This document shows positions 25,947 to 33,236 of a DNA stretch of 64,000 nt, piece by piece; within the stretch, counting starts at the first letter, position 1; the number at the start of each line of letters is the position of its first letter. Source of the stretch: a virus; IMG/VR virus record IMGVR_UViG_3300045988_109025, positions 16,804-80,803 of that record, one strand, 5' to 3'. The position numbers and the translations under genes were made by a program. Below the pieces are notes generated by a model. The model searched no databases and was not told where the DNA came from. It worked only from the letters and a program-made list of their open reading frames with translations.

Positions 25947-26492
25947 CTATGAACATTGGCGTTTTATATACTCAATATCATTTGCACCAGTGTCTTTGTA
26001 GTAGATGTTTTCTTTTCTCCCGTCTAGGTAAATTATTTCACCAACATATGAGCCATCAGAAAGCCCATCCACACTATTTGTAGCTGTTACGTCAACAATA
26101 TTTCTGACACTTTTAATCCCAATAGACTGAATGTAGCGTTTAAAAACTGGAAGCCCAACTATTGTTGTTCTATTAGAATATCCAAGTAATTGTTGTGCTT
26201 TTCTGCATCCGATTTCTCCATTGATGTATTGATCGAATACATGAGCATTCTTTTCAATACTTGATTTTGAATGTCTTCCGCCACGGCTATTGTTTCTGTA
26301 ATGGTTAATGTGTTGTCCCATATGAGCTGCTTTATGGCATTTATAGCATAAAGGAACAATATTACTCTTAACATCATTACCGCCTAATAAAAGCGGCACA
26401 ATATGATGATATTCAATATCTTCTGTTGCGCCACAATTGCAACAGACAGTACCAATATTCTGTTTTTCTTCTTGGCTCAACCATTTTCTCAT
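25947..26492 (-). CDS. HNH endonuclease
   Basis: 181 aa with CCNCGATEDIEYHHIVPLLLGGNDVKSNIVPLCYKCHKAAH, a clear HNH motif. Confidence 0.8.
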   Translation of the reverse strand: MRKWLSQEEKQNIGTVCCNCGATEDIEYHHIVPLLLGGNDVKSNIVPLCYKCHKAAHMGQHINHYRNNSRGGRHSKSSIEKNAHVFDQYINGEIGCRKAQQLLGYSNRTTIVGLPVFKRYIQSIGIKSVRNIVDVTATNSVDGLSDGSYVGEIIYLDGRKENIYYKDTGANDIEYIKRQCS

Positions 26493-26815
26493 ATCATGCT
26501 CCGTTAAGTAGTGCTTCTCTATGGTGAAAGAAGCTTTTTTGTTTTCTCAGAAACTCGGGCAACTGACTACGCCCTGGATGGCTTTTATATATACCCCTCC
26601 CGGGGCGTCCTGCTGAACCGTCCAGTGTCTTATATTGTCAGAATATTCGGTCTGTTTGATAAACGCTTGTTTTTTATATAGATGTCTCTAAAATCCTATA
26701 CATTATGCACAATTATAATCGTTATCACTGTACATGTTGCATAATTCCATGTGTTTACTGCCTTTTGTCCGTCCATTGTGTACATTTTTACCGCTTCTAT
26801 TGGTTCTCCCAGGCT

Positions 26816-27406
26816 TTATAGCTCCGGCTTTTCCATCTCTGGAAGCTGTAAAGCGGCTTTGTGCTTCTCTGCGATCTGCTGCGCGGTCTGCTGTGGTACG
26901 CCGTACTGCTGCGCGGCTTGCACTGGTGCAGTTTCTGCCATGCCGTATGCGGCTTTTGCAACAAATATCAAATTCGCATTTGTTCCGGTCTGGTTATGTA
27001 GCCTATTAATTGCACAGTTTTTGCAAATATCAAACCATTTTTTAGCCGTGTCACCATGTGACGAGTTTGTTCTATACACTCCATTCATCCAGTCAGTAAA
27101 CGTTGTACGATTAATCCCAACTAAAAAACTAAATACTTCTAGGGTTGGTAATACATGATATTTACTGCATAATCTCACATAAGTATTAAACATTTTATCT
27201 AATAGCTCTATATTGTCATTACTTGGCTTTTGTATATGATCTGCAATATAAAAAATCATATCTACAAAGCTTTCTGATACTTCTTTCTTATAGTTTTCGT
27301 TATCTGGTGATATACATAATACAGTATTTATATATTCATCAGCATATATATTAATATTATCTAAATAAATATCTACGTCTTGTACATTTACTGTATTATC
27401 TTTCAC
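26816..27406 (-). CDS. terS: terminase small subunit
   Basis: 196 aa (GTG start, GAGGTGA RBS). The HTH-like PTLEVFSFLVGINRTTFTDWMNG and the later NANLIFVAKAAYGMAE resemble terS families. Confidence 0.6.
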   Translation of the reverse strand: MKDNTVNVQDVDIYLDNINIYADEYINTVLCISPDNENYKKEVSESFVDMIFYIADHIQKPSNDNIELLDKMFNTYVRLCSKYHVLPTLEVFSFLVGINRTTFTDWMNGVYRTNSSHGDTAKKWFDICKNCAINRLHNQTGTNANLIFVAKAAYGMAETAPVQAAQQYGVPQQTAQQIAEKHKAALQLPEMEKPEL

Positions 27407-27440
27407 ATTATCACCTCACTTTAATACGTTAATTTACAAA

Positions 27441-27507
27441 TAAAAAAGAGAATGTCACCAGGTAAAGCTTATTCCCGGAAAACTTCCGGGTGTTCGGGTA
27501 CATTCTC
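27441..27507 (-). terminator. long-hairpin intrinsic terminator upstream of terS
   Basis: On the minus strand the outer stem GAGAATGT/ACATTCTC and the inner stem CCCGGAA/TTCCGGG are followed by TTTTTTATTT. Confidence 0.65.
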
Positions 27508-27599
27508 TAAAACTTAAATAAAATATTCTGTTTTCTTTGTTGCTGATACCTTAACACAGTTTTTAATATCTTGTCAAATTTAATTTTGCATAAAATAAA

Positions 27600-27790
27600 A
27601 CCCTTTATTTTGTCACTAATTAATAAATAATATTTGTGGTATTATATTATAATCTTCATTTATATTTATATTATATATATTATTATACGGTACTGTATAG
27701 CATATCTTTTAATAAACTCTAGTCTTAGGAATCTATGGAGGGGTAAAAGATATTATTATATATAATATAATTAAACATAATAAAAGCCAG
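27600..27790. repeat. extremely AT-rich tract with TATATTAT-type micro-repeats
   Basis: The tract includes ...taataaataatatttgtggtattatattataatc...tatttatattatatatattattata...gatattattatatataatataattaaacataataaaa. No ORF is present. Confidence 0.5.
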
Positions 27791-27963
27791 ACCTTACCGG
27801 GCTTTTTCCTGGCTGATCTGGCTTGTTAGGTGCTATTTTATTCTGTTCAGGTGCAAACGATTTTGCAATAACTACCCCTCCATGAGTTCCCGCGACCATC
27901 GTTGATAATAACGTTACTGTAAGTTTTCCAGAAAGTCAAGCCAAAAATAAAAAAACATTTTTC

Positions 27964-27993
27964 TTGACAAAAATTAAAAACCTGTGCTATTAA
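27964..27993 (+). promoter_or_regulatory. sigma-70-type promoter (TTGACA - 18 nt - TGcTATTAA)
   Basis: TTGACA at 27964-27969 and an extended -10 (TGCTATTAAT) at 27985-27994. It points into an ORF-free 100-nt stretch. Confidence 0.55.
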
Positions 27994-27999
27994 TATCTT

Positions 28000-28100
28000 A
28001 ACAGCTTCGGCGGTGGGGCTGTTAACCCCTCAATCGTCGTTACGCCGCCACAAATAAGCATTTTAAAAGCCCCGGGATTAATTTCCTAGGGCTTTATTTT
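28000..28100 (+). ncRNA. candidate ~100-nt small RNA
   Basis: It lies between the promoter at 27964 and a hairpin/T-run (AAAGCCC..GGGCTTTATTTT, 28066-28100). An internal nested stem is GGCGG..(GGGG ctgttaa CCCC)..CCGCC. There is no ORF. Confidence 0.3.
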
Positions 28101-28104
28101 ATGG

Positions 28105-28632
28105 CTAATTCATTCTTTTTAGTATTTCTTTCTCCAAAAATCTAGATTCATAAAAATTTTTATTATTTGCATATTCCTTTAATAAATTTTCATTTGACAA
28201 TTTTAACATGCTATAAACTTCTTGCTTTCTTTTCGAGAGTTTTTCCTGTTCTTCCTTTATTCTTTCCAATCTTCCATTTACCACGGCTATTGTTTCAAGA
28301 TTATATAAATCTTCACCGTTTAGGATTCCAGATTTTATCAACTGATATTCTTCTAGATACATTTTATTTTTAATTTCATCATAATACAAATAATTTGATT
28401 CATCAATGATTTGCATAATTTTAAAATCAAAGTCATCATTTTTTAGAATATCTTGTTGTATTAATTTGTTATTGTGTTTTCCTCTTCTAATTTCGCAAGA
28501 GTGAGATTCAGCACGTTTTTTTAATTGTGTTGAAGATCCTATATATCTTTTTCCGGTTCTTCGGTTTATTATTGTGTATACTCCACACTGATTTTTATTT
28601 GGAATATTATTTAACTTGCTCACTGTAACCAC
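28105..28632 (-). CDS. GIY-YIG nuclease (homing-endonuclease-like)
   Basis: 175 aa with GVYTIINRRTGKRYIGSSTQLKKRAESH, matching the GIY-YIG motif. Confidence 0.75.
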   Translation of the reverse strand: MVTVSKLNNIPNKNQCGVYTIINRRTGKRYIGSSTQLKKRAESHSCEIRRGKHNNKLIQQDILKNDDFDFKIMQIIDESNYLYYDEIKNKMYLEEYQLIKSGILNGEDLYNLETIAVVNGRLERIKEEQEKLSKRKQEVYSMLKLSNENLLKEYANNKNFYESRFLEKEILKRMN

Positions 28633-28696
28633 TTCCTTTCTATGATTACAGTATATATTATTAGTGCTTAATTGTCAATGTTATTTTGTGCTTAAT

Positions 28697-28897
28697 TTAC
28701 TTTTTCATTTTATCCATTTTATCAAGTTCCGCAAGGATTAATTCCCTTGCAAAAGCATTGGTTTTTAATCCGTATGCATTTATCCTGTCAAGTGTTCCTT
28801 GTGGCAGAATTACGTTTATTCTATCCTTATTTTTCATACATTTCTTTACTGCTTCTCTATTCTTTATTGCTTTTTCTTCCGCTGTTAATTCTGCCAT
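28697..28897 (-). CDS. ribbon-helix-helix (Arc/CopG-like) DNA-binding protein
   Basis: The ATG at 28897 (MAELTAEEKAIKNREAVKKCMKNKDRINVILPQGTLDRINAYGLKTNAFARELILAELDKMDKMKK) has an AAAGGAGGG RBS. The INVILPQG strand is followed by two helices. Confidence 0.6.
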   Translation of the reverse strand: MAELTAEEKAIKNREAVKKCMKNKDRINVILPQGTLDRINAYGLKTNAFARELILAELDKMDKMKK

Positions 28898-28922
28898 GTT
28901 TAGCCCTCCTTTATTTTTCTTT

Positions 28923-28951
28923 ATTATAATATGTAAGTGCTTAATTGTCAA
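28923..28951 (-). promoter_or_regulatory. consensus promoter for the RHH gene (TTGACA-17-TATAAT) with a box in the spacer
   Basis: The minus strand reads TTGACAattaagcacttacatatTATAAT. The spacer contains ATTAAGCACT. Confidence 0.65.
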
Positions 28952-29022
28952 TAATTTTAGTGCTTAATCAAATTGCATAATTTTGCAAGGCTTATTAGTG
29001 CTTAATTTGGTTGTTATGTCAA

Positions 29023-29054
29023 TTGCAATTAGTGCTTAATTATTGTATTATAAT
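29023..29054 (+). promoter_or_regulatory. promoter for the plus-strand island (TTGCAA-17-TATTAT) with a box in the spacer
   Basis: TTGCAAttagtgcttaattattgTATTATAAT. The GTGCTTAAT box lies in the spacer. Confidence 0.5.
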
Positions 29055-29180
29055 ATCAACAAAGGAACAAAAGAAACAAACAGCCGGAACCGCCCGAACC
29101 ACTCAACACAATGAGGACATAAGGAACGGCACCGATTAATTGAAAAATTCTAGTTTTTAAAAAATAGGAGGAAGCAAAAA

Positions 29181-29507
29181 ATGTTAGCATATGTTGAAGC
29201 GATTGAAAGAGAAAATACAATCACAATTGATGGTTTTACATCAAACAAAACTTTACGTGGACTTATTAAAGATGTTTCCAGAGCAGTCGAGAAATATGAT
29301 AAAGATGAATCAAAATCATTAATTGAGTGTTTAGAATATGGATTAGATGAATATAATAATCCTTTTTTAAAAGCTTCAGAAAGTGATGGAGGTTATTTTT
29401 TTGAATATGAGGAAGTTCCTTGTGCTACCAGATATAATGAATACACAGACGAGATGGAATATAAAGACGGCTACTACTATTATTTTTGTATTAGAATTGT
29501 AAAATAA
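29181..29507 (+). CDS. acidic E/D/Y-rich hypothetical protein
   Basis: 108 aa with an AGGAGG RBS. It is very acidic with Tyr clusters (EYEEVPCATRYNEYTDEMEYKDGYYYY). Confidence 0.6.
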   Translation: MLAYVEAIERENTITIDGFTSNKTLRGLIKDVSRAVEKYDKDESKSLIECLEYGLDEYNNPFLKASESDGGYFFEYEEVPCATRYNEYTDEMEYKDGYYYYFCIRIVK

Positions 29508-29594
29508 AAAAAGCCCGGCAGTCTTCCAAACCAAACCGGGCACCAAACTAAAAAGAAAGGCACCCCATTATAACAGGGGTGAAGGTAAAAAACA

Positions 29595-30551
29595 ATGAAA
29601 AAATACACACTTGAAACATTAAAGAAAGAGAATGAGCTTTTTGATAGCTATTACGGACTTGAAGAGTCAGACGTAAAAAAAGTAAACCGCATTATTGAAA
29701 TGATTGAAGAAACACGCTCAGTAAAAGCCATTCAAAAATATGATGTAGTAGAGTACACAAATGAATATGGTGAGTATTTTCCAAAAGCAACAGCGACAAT
29801 GAATAGAGGGGAAAATATAGAACTTTGTGAAAATGCTGGAGTGCATTTGAGTATTTGCGATAGTAAGTTATGCGGTAGCACTTCGGGCGGTGCATTCAGC
29901 CATCACAAAGAAAATGAATTTACATATAAGGGCACGTCAAGCAATACTTTTTGGACTTGGGGAAATGCTGGGGCTTGTGCAAATGGTGGAATTTATTTTA
30001 CCACAACTGTTAATTTGTGGGAATGTAACGACAATGAAGAAATGTTTTCCACAAAAACACATGATAAATATCATTTGTCATATAGAAAAGCAGAAAATAA
30101 CGGAGATTATCAATATTTTGCTTCTAAAGCTGGAATGAGTAGCTATGCATGGAGAACTAAAGAAGATATGCAAGCATGGTTGAGAACTAAAAGAGCAGTT
30201 GTGACCAAAAAAAATACATGGGGCGGCGCGGTTATCTGGACATATAAAGAAATAGAACATCATTGTTCAAATGCAGAGTATGACGCTTTAGAAGCACCAG
30301 AAGATATTTTCTTAATGAATGGAAGTAAAAGACGTTGTAAACGCGTCTATGATGATAAAAATTACATTTTGCATACTTATTTTGTGTGGTACTGGGAAGA
30401 TGATACATTAGAGTTTTATAAAAGAATGGACAATCAGAACAAAATTATTGATTCTTACAAGGTGGATTATTTTAAAAATGAAGTAAATAAAATCGCGCTT
30501 GAAGAATTGAGAAGTGGAACTATAAAGCCACTTGAAATCAATTTTAATTAG
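29595..30551 (+). CDS. hypothetical protein
   Basis: 318-aa ORF on the plus strand, followed by a GC-rich terminator. I recognise no motif. Confidence 0.6.
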   Translation: MKKYTLETLKKENELFDSYYGLEESDVKKVNRIIEMIEETRSVKAIQKYDVVEYTNEYGEYFPKATATMNRGENIELCENAGVHLSICDSKLCGSTSGGAFSHHKENEFTYKGTSSNTFWTWGNAGACANGGIYFTTTVNLWECNDNEEMFSTKTHDKYHLSYRKAENNGDYQYFASKAGMSSYAWRTKEDMQAWLRTKRAVVTKKNTWGGAVIWTYKEIEHHCSNAEYDALEAPEDIFLMNGSKRRCKRVYDDKNYILHTYFVWYWEDDTLEFYKRMDNQNKIIDSYKVDYFKNEVNKIALEELRSGTIKPLEINFN

Positions 30552-30592
30552 GCCGACAAGCGTACCGGGGAGCATTTCCCCGGCGGCCTTTT
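30551..30592 (+). terminator. intrinsic terminator
   Basis: Nested stems GGCCG..(CCGGGGA gcatt TCCCCGG)..CGGCC followed by TTTT. Confidence 0.65.
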
Positions 30593-30620
30593 AACAAAAA
30601 TTCAAGGAGGATAAGAAAAC

Positions 30621-30824
30621 ATGATTAAAATTGATATGTGGTACAACGACAAAAAGGAGCAGGCAACCGGGCTTGATATCTGGTTTAACGATCTCGGTTG
30701 TTTTTATTCTGGAAATATCAAAATTTTGGGTGATATAGTGGGCGATTATTACGCCGACAGTGTGCAGGAAATTTGCGAAGCTTTTCCGCACCTGAAAGAA
30801 AAAATAAATGCTTGTCTGGACTAA
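30621..30824 (+). CDS. hypothetical protein
   Basis: 67 aa with an AAGGAGG RBS. Confidence 0.5.
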   Translation: MIKIDMWYNDKKEQATGLDIWFNDLGCFYSGNIKILGDIVGDYYADSVQEICEAFPHLKEKINACLD

Positions 30825-30837
30825 ATAAATCAATTTC

Positions 30838-30864
30838 GGGCGGGGCTTTCCCGCCTGTTTTTTC
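30838..30864 (+). terminator. intrinsic terminator
   Basis: GGCGGG gcttt CCCGCC followed by TGTTTTTT. Confidence 0.65.
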
Positions 30865-30885
30865 TAAATATTGGAGGGTTGATAC

Positions 30886-31098
30886 ATGAAATATCATTAC
30901 ATAGCAATTTCAACACGCACAAACAATAAAAACTTTGCTTCTGTTCTTCGAGTCTCAAGCTCTGACAATTTATTATTTTCCTTGCAAATTCCCGGCATTA
31001 CTTCCGCAAATATTTGCAGCACGAAAAAGGAAGCTGAAAACGTTGTTGACTTCTGGAACAAATGTTACAAGAAAAATAAAACTTATGGATGGTTTTAA
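30886..31098 (+). CDS. hypothetical protein
   Basis: 70 aa with a TGGAGGG RBS. Confidence 0.5.
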   Translation: MKYHYIAISTRTNNKNFASVLRVSSSDNLLFSLQIPGITSANICSTKKEAENVVDFWNKCYKKNKTYGWF

Positions 31099-31246
31099 AT
31101 GAATAAAAAATTAACATATCAGTAATGGCGGCAGATACACCATAAAAAAAGTTGTTAATACAATCAAGTGCTATTTACTCGGATTTGTGGCGGCAGCTTT
31201 TCCAGTTCTGCTCCTGGCTCATTATTTAATCATTGGCTATTAATAT

Positions 31247-31282
31247 GCGTTGCCCGGTTCGAGCCCGGGCGCATCTTTTTAT
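31247..31282 (+). terminator. intrinsic terminator (contains a T-arm-like GGTTCGAGCCC)
   Basis: ATGCG-ttg-CCCGG ttcgagc CCGGG-CGCAT followed by CTTTTT. Confidence 0.55.
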
Positions 31283-31320
31283 ATCCCGGCTCCCAGGGGA
31301 AAGGGAAGAAAGATAAAAAC

Positions 31321-31521
31321 ATGAAAAATTCAATACTTGAGGAAAATGTAAGAAAAATGCTTGAAGTAAATAAAAAAATACATGCTATGGGCTTAGATGT
31401 ATGGGTAGATAATGAATGTATTAAGCATATAATTAAAAATCAAAAAGATCAATACGGAATTGATAGACCTAAAATTGTTGGTTATGTTGACAATAATTTT
31501 AATATTGTTATAAATGAATGA
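31321..31521 (+). CDS. hypothetical protein
   Basis: Internal ATG at 31321 of track ORF 31168..31521 (MKNSILEENVRKMLEVNKK...). The upstream part of the track ORF runs through the terminator. Confidence 0.5.
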   Translation: MKNSILEENVRKMLEVNKKIHAMGLDVWVDNECIKHIIKNQKDQYGIDRPKIVGYVDNNFNIVINE

Positions 31522-31529
31522 TTTTTCAC

Positions 31530-31581
31530 CGCTTCCCGGTTTCCAGACCGGCGGCACGTTCACGGCGTGCAAGCGTTTTTT
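31530..31581 (+). terminator. multi-stem intrinsic terminator
   Basis: CGCTT..(CCGGT ttccag ACCGG)..(GCACG ttcacgg CGTGC)..AAGCG followed by TTTTTT. Confidence 0.6.
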
Positions 31582-31748
31582 GGCATCCTGCCAGATGTAC
31601 CTTGCAAAGTTAATACCATAAGTCAATCAATTAATGCGCTTTTTTATCCGTAAATGGATTTTAATGCTGTTAATTGGGATTTATGCAGCATTTGCATTTT
31701 GAGCCACTTATAAGCCTTAAAACGCTTTTTATTGTCTTGCATGGTTTA

Positions 31749-31777
31749 TTGACTGTCTGTGGCTATGGGTATATAAT
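31749..31777 (+). promoter_or_regulatory. consensus sigma-70 promoter (TTGACT-17-TATAAT) in ORF-poor region
   Basis: TTGACT at 31749-31754 and TATAAT at 31772-31777, separated by an exact 17-nt spacer. No convincing ORF lies downstream before 32548. Confidence 0.6.
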
Positions 31778-32547
31778 AGTCTTGTATAGATATATGCAGC
31801 TATGCTTTATTTGCGTACCGTGTAAATGGGCGTATTATGTCCGCTTATGTGCGTAGCTTGTCCAGGCTTCCCGGTGATCTGCTGAAGCTGTCCGGGTTAT
31901 ATATCAATTAGGACTATACAACTATATTGTGATATGCTTGTACAACGCCGCATTTGTCTTTTTAAGACGTTTTATAATCGTAGTCAATAAAGTATAGGCT
32001 AAATGCATAAGAAGCCATTAAAGGCGAATTTAGAAAGACTATTATTTTATTATTTGGCATTCTTTGTTATGACCTATTATCCGTGGCTGGTTGCTTCTGA
32101 TCTGCCACAACTACGACTGGCGGTCGGCTTCGTTGGTATTCAATTGTTCCCGGCAGATTCCCGGCTTCATCGGTTCGGCGTGGTATCGGTTCCCGGTGCT
32201 GTCCCTTGTTGGTTTGTGTCAACGGAAAAACCGCAGCTGTTAAAGGCTTCAATAGTTGCAACTAACTTGTGGATGTTTCCTAAATTCCAAAATTATTTTG
32301 GCAGCCAAAAATCAAGGAAATCCAGGAAAAAAGTGGCAACCAGAAAAAATCTCGCATTTTCTAGTTACCACTTAAATTTTAATTTTGCACAAATATTTCT
32401 ATAGCGTAAAGTTCTAAATGATTCAAAATTCACAATTTGTTTAATCCTTCTTTCTTCCGTGTTCCATATCTTCTGTGGGATGATCTCTCTAAACGTTCCG
32501 TCCGCTTCATTTGGGACTTGGAAAGTTTCTTTTTTCTCTGGTAATTG

Positions 32548-33228
32548 TCAGTCGTTGTTCCCATTCACGCCCTCCTTGTTAATCTTCTGATTCCTGGTTT
32601 CAAAGTTTATAATTTCTGTGTCTGTTTCCAGTTCTTCCGGGATTCTTCCCACAATGATAACTCGCAGTGGCTTCAATCTGCGTTCCATTTCCTTGAAACC
32701 AACGCAAAACTCCAACCGTGCTGCCTTGCTCTTTACTCTTCTGTTGGTACAACAGGCAACTGTGCTTTTCTCTGGTAGACCATCAAAGCACCAGTCCCAA
32801 CAGTATTCCGGTAATATGTTTACGTTCGGAATTACTGGAATATCATTCAAGATCATGTAGTGAGCCAGTGCGTGATTGCGGTATTTATTCCATAAACACA
32901 TTACAAGTGGCATTCCATTCTTTCCTACCGATATGCTAAAATCTGGCATAATGACTGCGTGAAAACATTTTAAATGCTCCATATACTTGTCTGGCTGATT
33001 CCATAATCTTTGAAACTGTACATCATCCACGTAGAAGTTTACATCCAGTTCCCGGTGGTTCTTAATCTTCCGGCTGAAGCTCTCCGCAAAGTCTACAGTA
33101 TCTTTCCCTGGATGGATAAAAGTCTTTGGAATTTTCGGGATTCCGTACTTTCCTTCAAGGTCTGCATCAGTGATTAAAAACTCTTTCATTACGTCATAAG
33201 CTGTATGTATCATTGATTCCACTCCCAT
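32548..33228 (-). CDS. DUF4417-like protein
   Basis: 226 aa. FYVDDVQFQRLWNQPDKYMEHLKCFHAVIMPDFS matches my memory of the DUF4417 signature. It lies downstream of the recombinase. Confidence 0.55.
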   Translation of the reverse strand: MGVESMIHTAYDVMKEFLITDADLEGKYGIPKIPKTFIHPGKDTVDFAESFSRKIKNHRELDVNFYVDDVQFQRLWNQPDKYMEHLKCFHAVIMPDFSISVGKNGMPLVMCLWNKYRNHALAHYMILNDIPVIPNVNILPEYCWDWCFDGLPEKSTVACCTNRRVKSKAARLEFCVGFKEMERRLKPLRVIIVGRIPEELETDTEIINFETRNQKINKEGVNGNND

Positions 33229-33236
33229 TTTTTCTC

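Larger units (their letters stand above)
28663..29044. repeat. six (T)AGTGCTTAAT(T) boxes flanking the RHH gene
   Basis: Copies start at 28663, 28687 (TGTGCTTAAT), 28936, 28959, 28997 and 29031. Two are extended 17-mers (AGTGCTTAATTGTCAAT, at 28663 and 28936). Confidence 0.7.

Noticed and set aside
26508-26545. Hairpin GCTTCT..AGAAGC followed by TTTTTTG on the plus strand, just upstream of the HNH start; a possible terminator.
   Set aside because: No plus-strand gene or promoter feeds into it. On the coding (minus) strand it is preceded rather than followed by the A/T run. It may be part of the HNH leader or the cos/pac region, so it is not called.
31247-31282. GGTTCGAGCCC, a tRNA T-arm-like sequence suggesting a fifth tRNA or tmRNA.
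   Set aside because: There is no matching acceptor 5' strand, D-arm or anticodon arm upstream. The element folds as ATGCG/CCCGG...CCGGG/CGCAT followed by a T-run, which makes it a plain terminator.
32003-32404. 133-aa plus ORF (and 31674..31856, 32067..32261) in the ORF-poor region near the integrase.
   Set aside because: There is no RBS and the composition is not protein-like. The ORFs cross GC-rich hairpin segments. The region is treated as non-coding (attP/ncRNA candidate).
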